Assembly: GCA_963849245.1 (NCBI GenBank)
Contig: CAWKIY010000029.1
Span: 3,733-67,732 of the forward strand
Direction of reading: 5' to 3'
DNA from: a candidate division FCPU426 bacterium
GTDB lineage: Bacteria > Oederibacteriota > Muellerivitia > Muellerivitales > Muellerivitaceae
DNA length: 64,000 nt
The notes under the pieces are model-generated. The model was not told the DNA's origin. It was given only the letters and a program-made list of their open reading frames with translations, and did not search any database. The stretch's first letter is position 1. Each line of letters starts with the position of its first letter. A program made the position numbers and the translations under genes. Shown here one piece after another: positions 18,715 to 29,300 of the stretch.

Positions 18715-19323
18715 TTATTTTTTAACCAAGCTCTTCGCCCCAAAAGCCCCAACCGCGGCCCCGACAAGAATCAATCCAAGCCATACCAAAAAACGCCCGC
18801 TGCCCGCGCCAAATCGAATCCCAAATTGTTGGTCGACAAACCTTCCCATTAAAAAACCGATAAACCCGCCAAAAGCGGAAAAAAGAAGAACCCAAACAAG
18901 TTGACCCAGTGAATAGTATTTTCGGCTGATCCCCCAGAGCGGTTGAATTAAGGGGAAATAGACGAAGATAAATAAAAACCCCAGGGCAATCTCGTGCTGG
19001 CGCATAGCGGTTGAAAAAGGATTTCCCGTGAAATAAAGAAGATAAACCGTCCAAAGGTAAGCGCAGACGCCTAAAGCCCAGCTCAAAACAAAACTCACGG
19101 GCCAAAGAATCGTTCCCAAACAACCTTCCGGCAATTTCCAACGGTAAACATAAAGCAGCGGATAAGCCACGACGAAAAATAAGGCGTTATGGAAAAAATG
19201 AAGACCTAACAATTCGCTGGCGGTTGGATGAATTTGAATATGCAAAAGACCGGCGACTCCCAACGCTTCCCAGAATAACAATCTGAAAAAAGACCGGTCT
19301 TCAGCGGCGGCTTTCTTGCCCAC
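18715..19323 (-). CDS. Polytopic membrane protein, paralog 1 of a tandem pair (unknown family)
   Basis: 202 aa, about 6 TM. Shares with the upstream paralog the blocks FxR(F/L)(I/L)(L/F)WE(I/A)LGV(V/A)G(F/L)LHI, NA(V/L)xFV(L/V)xYP(V/L)(V/L)Y and Q(H/P)LWG(V/I)S. Confidence 0.5.
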   Translation of the reverse strand: MGKKAAAEDRSFFRLLFWEALGVAGLLHIQIHPTASELLGLHFFHNALFFVVAYPLLYVYRWKLPEGCLGTILWPVSFVLSWALGVCAYLWTVYLLYFTGNPFSTAMRQHEIALGFLFIFVYFPLIQPLWGISRKYYSLGQLVWVLLFSAFGGFIGFLMGRFVDQQFGIRFGAGSGRFLVWLGLILVGAAVGAFGAKSLVKK

Positions 19324-19326
19324 AGG

Positions 19327-19953
19327 TCAGCCTTTCCGGGTACGGGCGTTAAACCACACCACAACCCCTACCCCGATAAACACGAAAATAACCCAAACTA
19401 AAACCCTCACTTCATTCCCGCCGAAAAACATTCCCCATTTCGTGTCTAAAGTATGGCCAAGTCCAAAACCAACGACGACTCCGCTGACCGCGTCGGAAAG
19501 AATGGCCGCGGTTGACCAGAAAGTGTGCTCGTGCCCGCTGACACCCCATAAGTGCTGAAAAAAGAAGAAATAATTCATCATAAAAAGGGGAAAGACCGCC
19601 CAATAATAATCGGCGAAAACTTGATAGCAATAAACGTGATCAAGGGAATAACCCGTCGCGTAAAGCACATCCGTAATCCAAATATAAGTGCTGATAAGCA
19701 GCAGCACCTGTAAAAAAGCGTGCAGGGGTGAAATCAAAAACTTTAAAAAAACAGGCATCTTCAGCTGTTGATAAAAATAAACAACCGGATAAGTCAGGAC
19801 AAAAATCACGGCGTTGGCTAAAAAAATGAGCGGAACCGGGTCATTTGCCGGACCGTAATAAAGAATATGCAGAAATCCAACCACTCCTAAAATTTCCCAA
19901 AGAATAAACCGGGCGAAAGAAGGCGGCTTGGAAATAACGGGGTCTTTACCCAT
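19327..19953 (-). CDS. Polytopic membrane protein, paralog 2 of the tandem pair. Carries GVSG and AVSGVVVGF Ser motifs plus His residues that paralog 1 lacks.
   Basis: 208 aa. ...QHLWGVSGHEHTFWSTAAILSDAVSGVVVGFGLGHTLD. The 3-nt gap to paralog 1 suggests a tandem duplication. Confidence 0.5.
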   Translation of the reverse strand: MGKDPVISKPPSFARFILWEILGVVGFLHILYYGPANDPVPLIFLANAVIFVLTYPVVYFYQQLKMPVFLKFLISPLHAFLQVLLLISTYIWITDVLYATGYSLDHVYCYQVFADYYWAVFPLFMMNYFFFFQHLWGVSGHEHTFWSTAAILSDAVSGVVVGFGLGHTLDTKWGMFFGGNEVRVLVWVIFVFIGVGVVVWFNARTRKG

Positions 19954-19954
19954 T

Positions 19955-20302
19955 TCAATCCTCTTTCTTAACTTTTATTTTTTCTGTCATATGGCCGCAT
20001 TTCGAGCAGGCATAAATGACAATCCAACTGGCTTTAGCCTCGTCGTATTTCATCTCGTGGGCCGTTACCCGGGCCATACACCAGGAACAATGGGCCTTTT
20101 CCCAGCGGGGCCTTGTCGTGGCCCAAAGCAGTCCTGCCCCGGTCGCCAAAAGCAACAAGCCCATGGGCTCTAATATCCGCAGGCTCAGACCATAGTTCAA
20201 CCACAAAAGACTGGTTCCCATTAATAAAGCGAGGAACCATAGAAGAAAAAATTTTTCCCAAGGCACCCGCCGAAGGAACGATTGAAGGAGAAAAGGTTTC
20301 AT
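19955..20302 (-). CDS. Membrane protein with C-terminal zinc-ribbon (CxxC...CxxC)
   Basis: About three N-terminal TM helices, then CSWCMARVTAHEMKYDEAKASWIVIYACSKCGH. 1-nt gap to the next gene. Confidence 0.5.
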   Translation of the reverse strand: MKPFLLQSFLRRVPWEKFFLLWFLALLMGTSLLWLNYGLSLRILEPMGLLLLATGAGLLWATTRPRWEKAHCSWCMARVTAHEMKYDEAKASWIVIYACSKCGHMTEKIKVKKED

Positions 20303-20361
20303 GAGAAGACTATGTTACACCAACAAACTGGCATCCCAAACGAGGTTCTATAAGACAGGCC

Positions 20362-21621
20362 TTACTGAATCTTTGGCTTTTGGAAGGAAGACATCTGGCT
20401 TTTTTGAGCGCGGGATTCTTCATGGGGATCTAACGAAGCCGCCTTTTCCAGCTTATGAAAACCGTATTTGCGTTTGATGGCGTCAACGCTTTTATAAAGC
20501 GCGTCTTTCTTTTGAGAGCTCATCTCAGGGAACAACCAGCTGGCTTCTTCCCCTTTCTCGAATTTAGAAAGAGAAACACCCAAAAGCCGAATCTTTCGTT
20601 TTCGAACATGGGATTCCTTAAAAAGCTCATAAGCGGTTTGCATCACCGCCGTATCATCATTGGTTTCCGGAATGGTTTTAGCGTGAGTAATGGTTTGAAA
20701 ATCATCGTATCGAAGTTTTAAAGTCACCGTCCTGGCTTTTTTGCCGATGCTTCTCAAACGGTAGCAGCCCTTTTCGGAAAGCCAGGCGAGGGTTTGTCGG
20801 ATTTGTTCGATATTGTCCGTATCCGTTCCAAAGGTCGTCTCATGCCCAATGCTCTTGGCGTTGTGAAAGGGATGAACTTCCGTATCGCCCATTCCCCGGG
20901 CCGCTTCATAAAGCCAAGTCCCCGCCGAAGGCCCAAAAGCTTTTTGTAGTTTGGGCAGGGGAATAGAAAGAATATCCCCGATTTTGTGGATCCGCATTTC
21001 CTTGAGTCTCGGCAGAGTCTTCTCCCCGGCCCCATGTAAACGCTCCACCGGAAGACGGGCGAGAAAAGTCTGCTCCTGTCCCTCGGGCACCACCACAATC
21101 CCCGTATCCGCGGTCCATTTTTTACCGAGCATCGCGGGATCCGGCTTAACGGTCTTCCCCGCGATCTTCGCCACATACTTATTGGACGCGATCGCCACCG
21201 TGCAGGAAAGCTTCGCGCGGTCCCAAACCGCGTCCCGCACCTTTCGGGCCATCGCCATCAAGTCATGGCCGTAAAGAGCTTCGCATCCCGTGAAATCCAA
21301 ATAGAACTCGTCAATGGAGGCGTATTCGACTACCGGCGCGACTCGTTTGAGCAGAACATAGGCTTTACGGGAATACTTGGAATAGAGTTTATGATTGCCG
21401 GGGACAAAAAGGGCTTGGGGGCAGAGTTTTTCAGCGGTCAGGATCGGCATGCCCGATTTCACGCCGAACTTGCGCACTTCGTAGGAAGCGGAGGCGACGA
21501 CTCCCCTTTCGCCTTTTCGCCCCCCTACGACCACCGGCTTTCCGTTCAAGGCCGGATTCACCAGTCTTTCACAGGAAACAAAAAAGGAATTCATGTCGAT
21601 ATGGGCAATTAAACGCTGCAT
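20362..21621 (-). CDS. dinB: DNA polymerase IV (Y-family, DinB) with C-terminal extension
   Basis: MQRLIAHIDMNSFFVSCERLVNPALNGKPVVVGG...ASYEVRKFGVKSGMP matches the Y-family palm motifs. Confidence 0.9.
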   Translation of the reverse strand: MQRLIAHIDMNSFFVSCERLVNPALNGKPVVVGGRKGERGVVASASYEVRKFGVKSGMPILTAEKLCPQALFVPGNHKLYSKYSRKAYVLLKRVAPVVEYASIDEFYLDFTGCEALYGHDLMAMARKVRDAVWDRAKLSCTVAIASNKYVAKIAGKTVKPDPAMLGKKWTADTGIVVVPEGQEQTFLARLPVERLHGAGEKTLPRLKEMRIHKIGDILSIPLPKLQKAFGPSAGTWLYEAARGMGDTEVHPFHNAKSIGHETTFGTDTDNIEQIRQTLAWLSEKGCYRLRSIGKKARTVTLKLRYDDFQTITHAKTIPETNDDTAVMQTAYELFKESHVRKRKIRLLGVSLSKFEKGEEASWLFPEMSSQKKDALYKSVDAIKRKYGFHKLEKAASLDPHEESRAQKSQMSSFQKPKIQ

Positions 21622-21687
21622 AGTATACTAGCGTATACTTCCCCTCGCGCTTCGTCCAGGGGATAAATAATCTTAAAATCCAAACTT

Positions 21688-22164
21688 TTATTTAACGAAG
21701 GTCAGGTCGGGGTTTTGGGTTCCGTATTGGGTCGAGCTTAAATCCACATCCTCTGACGGATTTTGTTTGAAAAGCCGATAGGCGGTGGCCCGGCCCTTAT
21801 AAACCCCGTAACCAATTCCACCGCCTTCAACATTGAGTTTTTCAAAGACAACCGCGTTGGCGCCGATTTCAGCGGCTTTCTTTTGAAACTCTTGGATGAT
21901 GTCCTGGTAAGACCAATTGGTATTCAGGGGCGAAAAAAGATATCCCACCGGAACCGATTGAAGGCCGGGCGGAAAAGCTTCTTTCGAGATAAAAAAGTAA
22001 ACCTCATCCGGCTTCAACGCGGCAAAAGAAGCTTCGGGATCAAACGTCTGGGCCGTAGCCGGATAGTGATAAAAAGTTAACGCGCAGCCGCAGAGGCCCA
22101 GCGCGAACCCGGCACCCAAAATTAAACTCAATAGTTTCTGAAACAAACCCGCTTTAAAAGACAT
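21688..22164 (-). CDS. Hypothetical lipoprotein
   Basis: Lipobox-like ...ALGLCGCALTF. 158 aa, no recognisable domain. Confidence 0.5.
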   Translation of the reverse strand: MSFKAGLFQKLLSLILGAGFALGLCGCALTFYHYPATAQTFDPEASFAALKPDEVYFFISKEAFPPGLQSVPVGYLFSPLNTNWSYQDIIQEFQKKAAEIGANAVVFEKLNVEGGGIGYGVYKGRATAYRLFKQNPSEDVDLSSTQYGTQNPDLTFVK

Positions 22165-22213
22165 TGTCGTTCCTTTGGGTGAATGAATTCACGCGTCATC
22201 AATTGGATTTATT

Positions 22214-23488
22214 CTAGGACAACCCAGGAGCGGACTTGAGGGTATCGAGATGGAGAACTAGGGATAAAATATGATTTTTTCCATGAACATCCTTGAAGGA
22301 ACGCGCGAAAGTCGCGCAAAAATGGCCCGTCGATGGGGAAACATAGGGCTCCCCGGTAAAAGTCAGGTTTGAATCCCCGCTTTCTTTCAAGCGCGAATAA
22401 TAATCCCTAAACTGATGATCCGATCCCATCGGGGGCGGTCTTAAAATCAAACGCTTTTTCGAGAACTCCTCCGAAGGGCCGAAGATCGCTCCCGAAACCT
22501 GCCTTCCCTTCTCATCCAAGATAAAAAGATATTCCGCGGAAGGAAAATGAGAAATCATTTCCAACGACTTTTGCTCAAAGTTCTCCGACGGAACCTGAGA
22601 AAGCGTTTTGGCTATTTCAGCCGCCATGAGTTGATATTTCTCAAGATCAAGATTCTTAATTTTGTTTTTTTCAAGAATCCTTTCCCTAAACCGAACCGAA
22701 AGCGGTTGAAGTTTCGACTCGACTTCCTGCGGCTTAAACTGTTCAACCGGCAGAGGCTTGGAGAAATAAAAACCCTGCATCAGGTCGACTCCCATTTCCA
22801 GGATCGTCACAGCCTCCTCTTCGCTCTCCACTCCTTGGGCGATGATCAAGGCCCCCATCTCACGGGCGACCCCGACGAGTGATTTGAAAACTTCTTGTTG
22901 ATGAAAATCCTTTGAGATATCCCGAACCAAAGCCTTGTCGATTTTGAGGATGTCGGGTTTTAAAAGAGCGATTCGATTGAGGTTCGAGCGCCCCGCTCCC
23001 ATATCATCCAAGGCGATTAAAAAACCATTGTTTTTATGAACTTCAATAAACTTTTGCAGCAGTTTGATATCTTTAAAATTAGATTCGATCACTTCCAACA
23101 CAATACTGGAGGGTTTTAATCCCAAGGAAGTCACTTGTTCCATCAGCTTGCCCGAGGACACCATTTCCCAATTAATCGCCGCCGCGTCAAAGTTGAGAGA
23201 TAAAAAGTAATCGGGGTGGGATTTATCGACCGTGAGGTAACAATCCAAAATCTTCTTCCGGCAAAGACGATCCAATTCGCGGGTCAATCCAACCAGGTCG
23301 GCTTTATCAAACAAAAGCAAAGGATTGATGGTCTGCAGATCCCGGGGATCAAGCGCCCGGGATAAACCCTCATAACCCACAATGGCCTGCCTTGAAACCG
23401 AGACAATCGGTTGAAAGTAGGCGACGACAAAATCGCCTTCCATGATTTTTTGCAGATCAAACGGATTGGGAGACTGCGGCTCGGGCAT
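22214..23488 (-). CDS. EAL-domain c-di-GMP phosphodiesterase-like protein with C-terminal Cache/PAS-like sensor fold
   Basis: N-terminal EAL domain (FQPIVSVSRQAIVGYEGLSRAL; DDMGAGRSNLNRIALLKPDILKIDKALV). C-terminal ..RDYYSRLKESGDSNLTFTGEPYVSPSTGHFCATFARSF..HILSLVLHLD resembles the Cache/PAS-like consensus. Confidence 0.75.
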   Translation of the reverse strand: MPEPQSPNPFDLQKIMEGDFVVAYFQPIVSVSRQAIVGYEGLSRALDPRDLQTINPLLLFDKADLVGLTRELDRLCRKKILDCYLTVDKSHPDYFLSLNFDAAAINWEMVSSGKLMEQVTSLGLKPSSIVLEVIESNFKDIKLLQKFIEVHKNNGFLIALDDMGAGRSNLNRIALLKPDILKIDKALVRDISKDFHQQEVFKSLVGVAREMGALIIAQGVESEEEAVTILEMGVDLMQGFYFSKPLPVEQFKPQEVESKLQPLSVRFRERILEKNKIKNLDLEKYQLMAAEIAKTLSQVPSENFEQKSLEMISHFPSAEYLFILDEKGRQVSGAIFGPSEEFSKKRLILRPPPMGSDHQFRDYYSRLKESGDSNLTFTGEPYVSPSTGHFCATFARSFKDVHGKNHILSLVLHLDTLKSAPGLS

Positions 23489-23579
23489 TCAAAAATTCCC
23501 TTCACTGGCCTCGAATGACTTGAAACCTGATTCCGCTTAAAGCGGCGGACAACAAATGATAAATCAATCCTACCACTGG

Positions 23580-26138
23580 TTACAGATGATTTGCCCGGTC
23601 ACGGTATTCCACCGCCAAATCCCTGCGCCAATAGGGATAAAGATCGCTGGAAATCCGCAAAAGAAGCTTTTTCAACTCCGCGTGATTTTGGGTGGAGACC
23701 CATTGGGTCGGATCCGTTTGGTACTTACGCACTTCCATCAAATCCTCGTAATAGGTATTGCGGTAAAAGCTCAAGGGCGCCGAGAACTCAATCAAGGCGT
23801 TGTCGTCCAAATTGAGCGGACCTTTCCCCTCAAAAGAGCTGACGTCCGAAGGCCCCAGCCGTAAAAGGCTCAAGAGGTCTCCGCTCTGTTCCAAACCGAT
23901 GCGCTTGATCGCCGCCTGTATTTTCGGCTCTCGGACTACCTGATCCAGCGCCGAAAGACGGGGATTCAAAGGACGGGAAGACCCGAGCAAAATGAGATCC
24001 GCGCCCGGCGTCTTCTCCCCTTTTTTAGGCGGCGTCGCGAAAACATAGGTATTGGGAAAAACCGAGTGAAAGGTGCGGACAATGGTTTTCACGTCCTCAA
24101 GTTTCATCTCATAGATCTGCACCCATTGGCAGAAAACTCCGTCCGGCGTCAGGGAATCCTGCGCCGTCTCAAAACTTTCACGCGTAAACAGGTTCGAAAC
24201 ACCGGAAAGCCAGGGATTGCTCGGTTCGGAAATAATCACGTCGAATTGCCGGGGATGGGTCTTCAAATAATGCCGTCCATCATCCGAGACAAACTTGAAC
24301 TTCGGGTCGGCAAGAACGGCAAAGTTATAGTCCTGAAATAGGGCCGCCGCCTGGGGCATAAAAGGCTCAATATCGACCACCGTCAATTGATCGAGGGAAT
24401 GCTGCAAGGCCGCTCCCGCGGAAATCCCGCTGGCCAAACCAATCAATAGTCCCTGACGGGCGGGTCGAAGCCGGGTGCTTTCAAACCAAAAAAGTGGGAG
24501 TTCAGCGATGAGCTGCTGCGTGGGTAAATCTCCGTAGGTCGATGCCTCAGGCTTTCCGTTATTGGACAAAAACAACGTATTACGGGCCAAATTTTTCTCA
24601 ACCGTCACTGTCGTAGCGACGCCTTCCCGGTAGAACAATAAATTTGTCATGTCTACCCGGCCGTCAATCGCCGGATGAATCGGCGCCGTTTCCGAAAGAA
24701 AACTCACTTGGACATAAGGCCCAATCGCCATCCGGTGCCGGTTCCAAGAAGGTAAAAAAGAGAGGAGAATAAATAGCCCCAAAAGACCCGCGGCAAAAAA
24801 GGACAAGCGGAAAAAAGAGGAGATTTTAATTCTAAAAAGCACCACGATTAAGGCGCCCGCCAAATGAAGAAGAGCCCCCAAAGTCAGCGCGGTTTGAAGG
24901 CCGACAAAAGGCACCAACAAAAAGGCCGCGGTAAAAGAGCCTAAAATAGCCCCCAGCGTATTCCAGGAATAAACCCGGCCCACCCATCGGCCTCCCTCTT
25001 TGAGAGAAACGGTCCCGAGTTTAAGAATGAGGGGAAAAGCGCCTCCCAGAAATAACGCCGTCGGCATCATCACTGCCGCCGAAACAAAAAATTGAATGGT
25101 TCTCTGGCTTTGTCCCACATCCCATCCAAAATGGCCTAAAAGCTCGGTCAGCCAAAAGAAAAAATAGCCAAGACGGTCAAAAAGAAATCCCGTCCCCAGC
25201 GCGGTGAGTCCCGCTCCCGCCAAAACACCCGCCAATTTGGTTTCTAAGTTCTTTTTAAAAAGGATTCCGCAAGATGAAACCACTAAAGCGCCTAAGCTGA
25301 TGCCGACAAGAAAAGTCGCCAGCATCGTGGAAAAGGCGTAAACCGAACCGCCCAAGGTCATCGCCAGAATACGGTTGTAACAGGTTTCATACACCATGGC
25401 GGAGAAACCGGAAAGCGCGGTGAGAAAAATCGCCAGAGTCACCCAAGGGGACCTTTTACTTTTTGGAACAAACCGCGGTTTTAATTCGGGCTTCGATTTC
25501 GCGAAAAGATCCCGGCTGAGAAAAAGGGCCGCGGCGCCCAAGATTAAATTAAGACATGCCGCTCCCCAAGTGGTTTTGAGTTCTCCTAGAAGCGGAATTA
25601 AGGCGAATCCAGCTAAAAGCACCCCTAACACGGCTCCCACCGTATTAACCCCGTAAAGTTTGCCCACATCCCATCCGCCCTGCTGTTCGTCCCGCACAAT
25701 AACCTTGGATAAAAAAGGCAGAGTCGCGCCCATACAAGCCGTTGGAATGAGAAGTAATAAAACCGCCGCGATAAAGCGGATCATGAGGGAGGCGAAAGGG
25801 GTTAAAGCGAAATGAATCTCGAGCGGAATATAAAGTTGATAAGCCAGATGAAAAAGGAAAGGAAAAACCCAGGCATAAAGACCAATCACCGTTTCTAACC
25901 AACCATAAGCTCTCAGGGGATTTTTAGACCCATCGGCTTTCTGGCTCGCGGCCCAGCTCCCCAGCCCCAATCCCCCCATAAAAGCCGTTAACACCGCCCC
26001 CACCGCGTAGGTGCTGGCCCCAAAAACGACCTCAAATTGTCTTACCCAAATCACCTCATAAAGAAGCCCGCTTAAACCGGAAAAGAAAAAACAAAACCAG
26101 ACAATCCATCGTTTGGAGGCGGGCAAAAGGGTTGGCAT
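23580..26138 (-). CDS. Spermidine-synthase-family aminopropyltransferase fused to a large N-terminal polytopic membrane domain
   Basis: 852 aa. At least 12 N-terminal TM helices. C-terminal SpeE-type domain with the ..PRQFDVIISEPSNPWLSGVSNLFTRESF.. motif. Confidence 0.8.
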   Translation of the reverse strand: MPTLLPASKRWIVWFCFFFSGLSGLLYEVIWVRQFEVVFGASTYAVGAVLTAFMGGLGLGSWAASQKADGSKNPLRAYGWLETVIGLYAWVFPFLFHLAYQLYIPLEIHFALTPFASLMIRFIAAVLLLLIPTACMGATLPFLSKVIVRDEQQGGWDVGKLYGVNTVGAVLGVLLAGFALIPLLGELKTTWGAACLNLILGAAALFLSRDLFAKSKPELKPRFVPKSKRSPWVTLAIFLTALSGFSAMVYETCYNRILAMTLGGSVYAFSTMLATFLVGISLGALVVSSCGILFKKNLETKLAGVLAGAGLTALGTGFLFDRLGYFFFWLTELLGHFGWDVGQSQRTIQFFVSAAVMMPTALFLGGAFPLILKLGTVSLKEGGRWVGRVYSWNTLGAILGSFTAAFLLVPFVGLQTALTLGALLHLAGALIVVLFRIKISSFFRLSFFAAGLLGLFILLSFLPSWNRHRMAIGPYVQVSFLSETAPIHPAIDGRVDMTNLLFYREGVATTVTVEKNLARNTLFLSNNGKPEASTYGDLPTQQLIAELPLFWFESTRLRPARQGLLIGLASGISAGAALQHSLDQLTVVDIEPFMPQAAALFQDYNFAVLADPKFKFVSDDGRHYLKTHPRQFDVIISEPSNPWLSGVSNLFTRESFETAQDSLTPDGVFCQWVQIYEMKLEDVKTIVRTFHSVFPNTYVFATPPKKGEKTPGADLILLGSSRPLNPRLSALDQVVREPKIQAAIKRIGLEQSGDLLSLLRLGPSDVSSFEGKGPLNLDDNALIEFSAPLSFYRNTYYEDLMEVRKYQTDPTQWVSTQNHAELKKLLLRISSDLYPYWRRDLAVEYRDRANHL

Positions 26139-26244
26139 TCATTCTCCTGAAAAGAACTGGCTCAAGATTCAATACAAATCATAAACGAACTCGCTCTTGA
26201 AACCAGAATTTTCATGGGAACTTGATTTGAAAAGAGGGAGAAAA

Positions 26245-26260
26245 CCGGGTGAGAGCCCGG
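26245..26260 (-). terminator. Terminator-like hairpin after the giant adhesin gene
   Basis: ccgggtgagagcccgg stem-loop followed on the minus strand by a T-rich tract (ttttctccctctttt). Confidence 0.5.
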
Positions 26261-26316
26261 CCTTATCCATGAAAAATTCAAATGGATCCCTTTATTTCTC
26301 TTTAACACAAGCACTT

Positions 26317-29300
26317 TTAGCGGAGGACTAAGACCTTAAGGATTTTACTGGATTTCACCGGGCCTGTGACCTGGACTTTTAAATAGTAAATACCGTTGGC
26401 TACTGTATTTCCCCACGCGTCATTTAGATTCCAATCGAGAACCGCGTTATTTCCGAAATTAGTGTCCGTATGATCCTGAACCTTTCGGAAGGCGGTCGTA
26501 TAAACAGTCCATTCAACCGTGGAACCGGCGGGAATCTGTAACTGGATAGACACCGGCCCCGCATGGACCGGATTAGGATAGGGCAGCCCAATTACGACAG
26601 TCGAGCCTGGATTAGACGAAGCCGTCGCGGTCGAAGTCGGTGTGGAGGTATAGGTGAGGATGGGCGTTAAGGTCAAGGTAAGCGTTGAGGTAGGGCTGCT
26701 CGAAGGAGTGGAAGTCGCTGTAGCCGTAAGCGTATTGGTCAAAGTAGCGGTGAACGTATTCGTCGGGGTATTCGTTGAAGAATAAGTCGGGGTGGCCGTA
26801 TTGGTCGCGATAGGGGTCGGCGTCATCGTGGAAGTACTGGAGGCCGTCGGCGTTAACGTATCCGAAGCCGTGGCGGTCAGGGTTTGAGTCGACGTGGCCG
26901 TAGCACTGGGAGTATTGGTTGCCGTATTGGCCGCCGTAGGGGTATAGGTCCCCGGCAGGAAGGTATTTGTCGGTGTAATACTCAAAGTCATCGTCGCCGT
27001 CCCCGTTAAATTCAAAGTTGGGGTGAAGGTCACCGTTGGCGTAGCCGTGGGCGATCCCGCTGTTGGGGAAATCGTAATCGTCGGGGTGGCCGTCGGCGCG
27101 GCTGGCGTGGATGTATCCGTAGCCGTGTACGCCACCGTCAGGGTAGCGCTCGGAGTCATTGTCGCTGTCCCCGTTAAATCAAAGGTTGGAGTCAAGGTAA
27201 CGGTGGACGTGGAAGTCGGTGATCCCGCCGTTGGGGAGACCGTAATCGTCGGGGTGGCCGTAGGCGCGGCTGGCGTAGACGTATTCGTAGCCGTGTACAC
27301 CGCCGTCAGGGTAGCGCTCGGGGTTATTGTCGCCGTCCCGGTTAAATTCACAGTCAAAGTAAAGGTTGGAGTAGCCGTAGGCGCAACAAACGTAGATGTA
27401 TTCGTAGCCGTGGAAGTCACCGTTGGCGTGGCCGTAGGCGATCCTGCCGTTGGGGAAATCGTAATGGTCGGTGTTGCCGTCGGTAGAGACGGAGTGAATG
27501 TATCCGTAACGGTGTAAGTCGCCGTCGATGTGTTTACCAATGTCAGGGTAGCGCTTGGGGTCATCGTCGCTGTCCCGGTTAAATTCACAGTGGGAGTAGG
27601 GGTTACCGTTGGCGTGGCGGTAGGCGATCCTACTGTTGGAGAGACTGTAATCGTCGGGGTGGCCGTAGGCGCGGCTGGCGTGGATGTATTCGTAGCCGTG
27701 TACACCACTGTCAGGGTAGCGCTTGGGGTCATCGTCGCCGTTCCGGTTAAATTCACAGTCGGAGTGAAGCTGAAGGTTGATGTAACCGTAGGCGATCCCG
27801 CCGTTGGGGAAATTGTAATCGTCGGGGTGGCCGTAGGCACAACCGTGGTAAATGTACCCGTAACGGTGGATGTCACCGTCGACGTAGATACCGCCGTTAA
27901 GGTGAAAGTCGGAGTAGCCGTTGGGCTTCCCGGGGTCGGAGTGACCGTACTAGTTAAAGTCGGCGTGGCGGTCGGAGGCGCGTTCTCAAAATAAATATCA
28001 TCATAATCAATCGTCTCGTTCGATCCGCCTGTAGCCGGGCCGGCCACTAAAAAGCCCACATCCAAAACGGCCGCCCAATTGAACGTGCCGATACTCGAAT
28101 CCCAATTCGTCGAGTTGATCGGCAATACCACGTTCACCCAGGTATTCAGCATTGTGACTGAATATAAAACCGGCGAACCCGTTCCCCCGGTGTAGTAGCT
28201 CGTATCCGCCACTGAGTAACTACTGTTACTTGTCGCGCTTTGCATAAATACTTTGAACGTGACTGGAGAACTCGTATTGATCCAGAAGCTTAAGGACGCT
28301 GGGGCTGAAGGCGCGATACTTACCGCGTCCCCATAGTTATTGATTTGGGCGTAACCGGACTCGAAAGCGTATGCCGCTGTACCATTAGACCCGGTCCATG
28401 TTACGGCCATCTGGATTCCCCAGCTGCCTGAATGGACTTGGGTATTTTCCAAATACCCTGTTACCGCAGAATTAACTTCCCCAAAAGTTTGATCCATACT
28501 AGAAGAGACGACTGCCCCATTCGTATCGCCGTAGGGATCTCCTCCCTCGGGATAACTCGGATATTCCCAGTTCTCAAACACCATGCCCGAAATCGAAGGA
28601 GTTGGTGTAGCCGCAAAAGTGGAAGTACTCGTAGGAGTCAGGCTGATCGTGGCTGTCGACGTCATCGTTGATGTGGAACTGGATGTCATCGTAAACGTGG
28701 ATGTACCTGTTGGAACCACGGTATTAGTCAGTGAAGGCGTAAGCGTCGCCGTAACCACCAACGTCGGGGTATAGGTTCCCGGCAGGAAGGTATTTGTCGG
28801 CGTGGCGCTGGGGGTTATTGTCGCCGTCCCGGTTAAATTCAAAGTCGAAGTAAAGGTAAAGGTTGGAGTAGCCGTAGGCGCGGCAAACGTAGATGTATTC
28901 GTAGCCGTGGAAGTCACTGTTGACGTGGCTGTAGGCGAGCCTACTGTTGGGGAAACCGTAATCGTCGGTGTTGCCGTCGGTAGAGACGGTGTAAATGTAT
29001 CGGTAACTGTGTACGTCGCCGTCGAAGTTTCCACTGCTGTCAGGGTAGCGCTCGGGGTTATTGTCGCCGTCCCGGTTAAATTCGCAGTCAAAGTAAAGGT
29101 TGAAGTGGCCGTAGGCGATCCTGCCGTTGGGGAAATCGTAATGGTCGGTGTTGCCGTCGGTAGAGACGGAGTGAATGTATCCGTAACGGTGTAAGTCGCC
29201 GTCGATGTGTTTACCAATGTCAGGGTAGCGCTTGGGGTCATCGTCGCTGTCCCGGTTAAATTCACAGTGGGAGTAGGGGTTACCGTTGGCGTGGCGGTAG

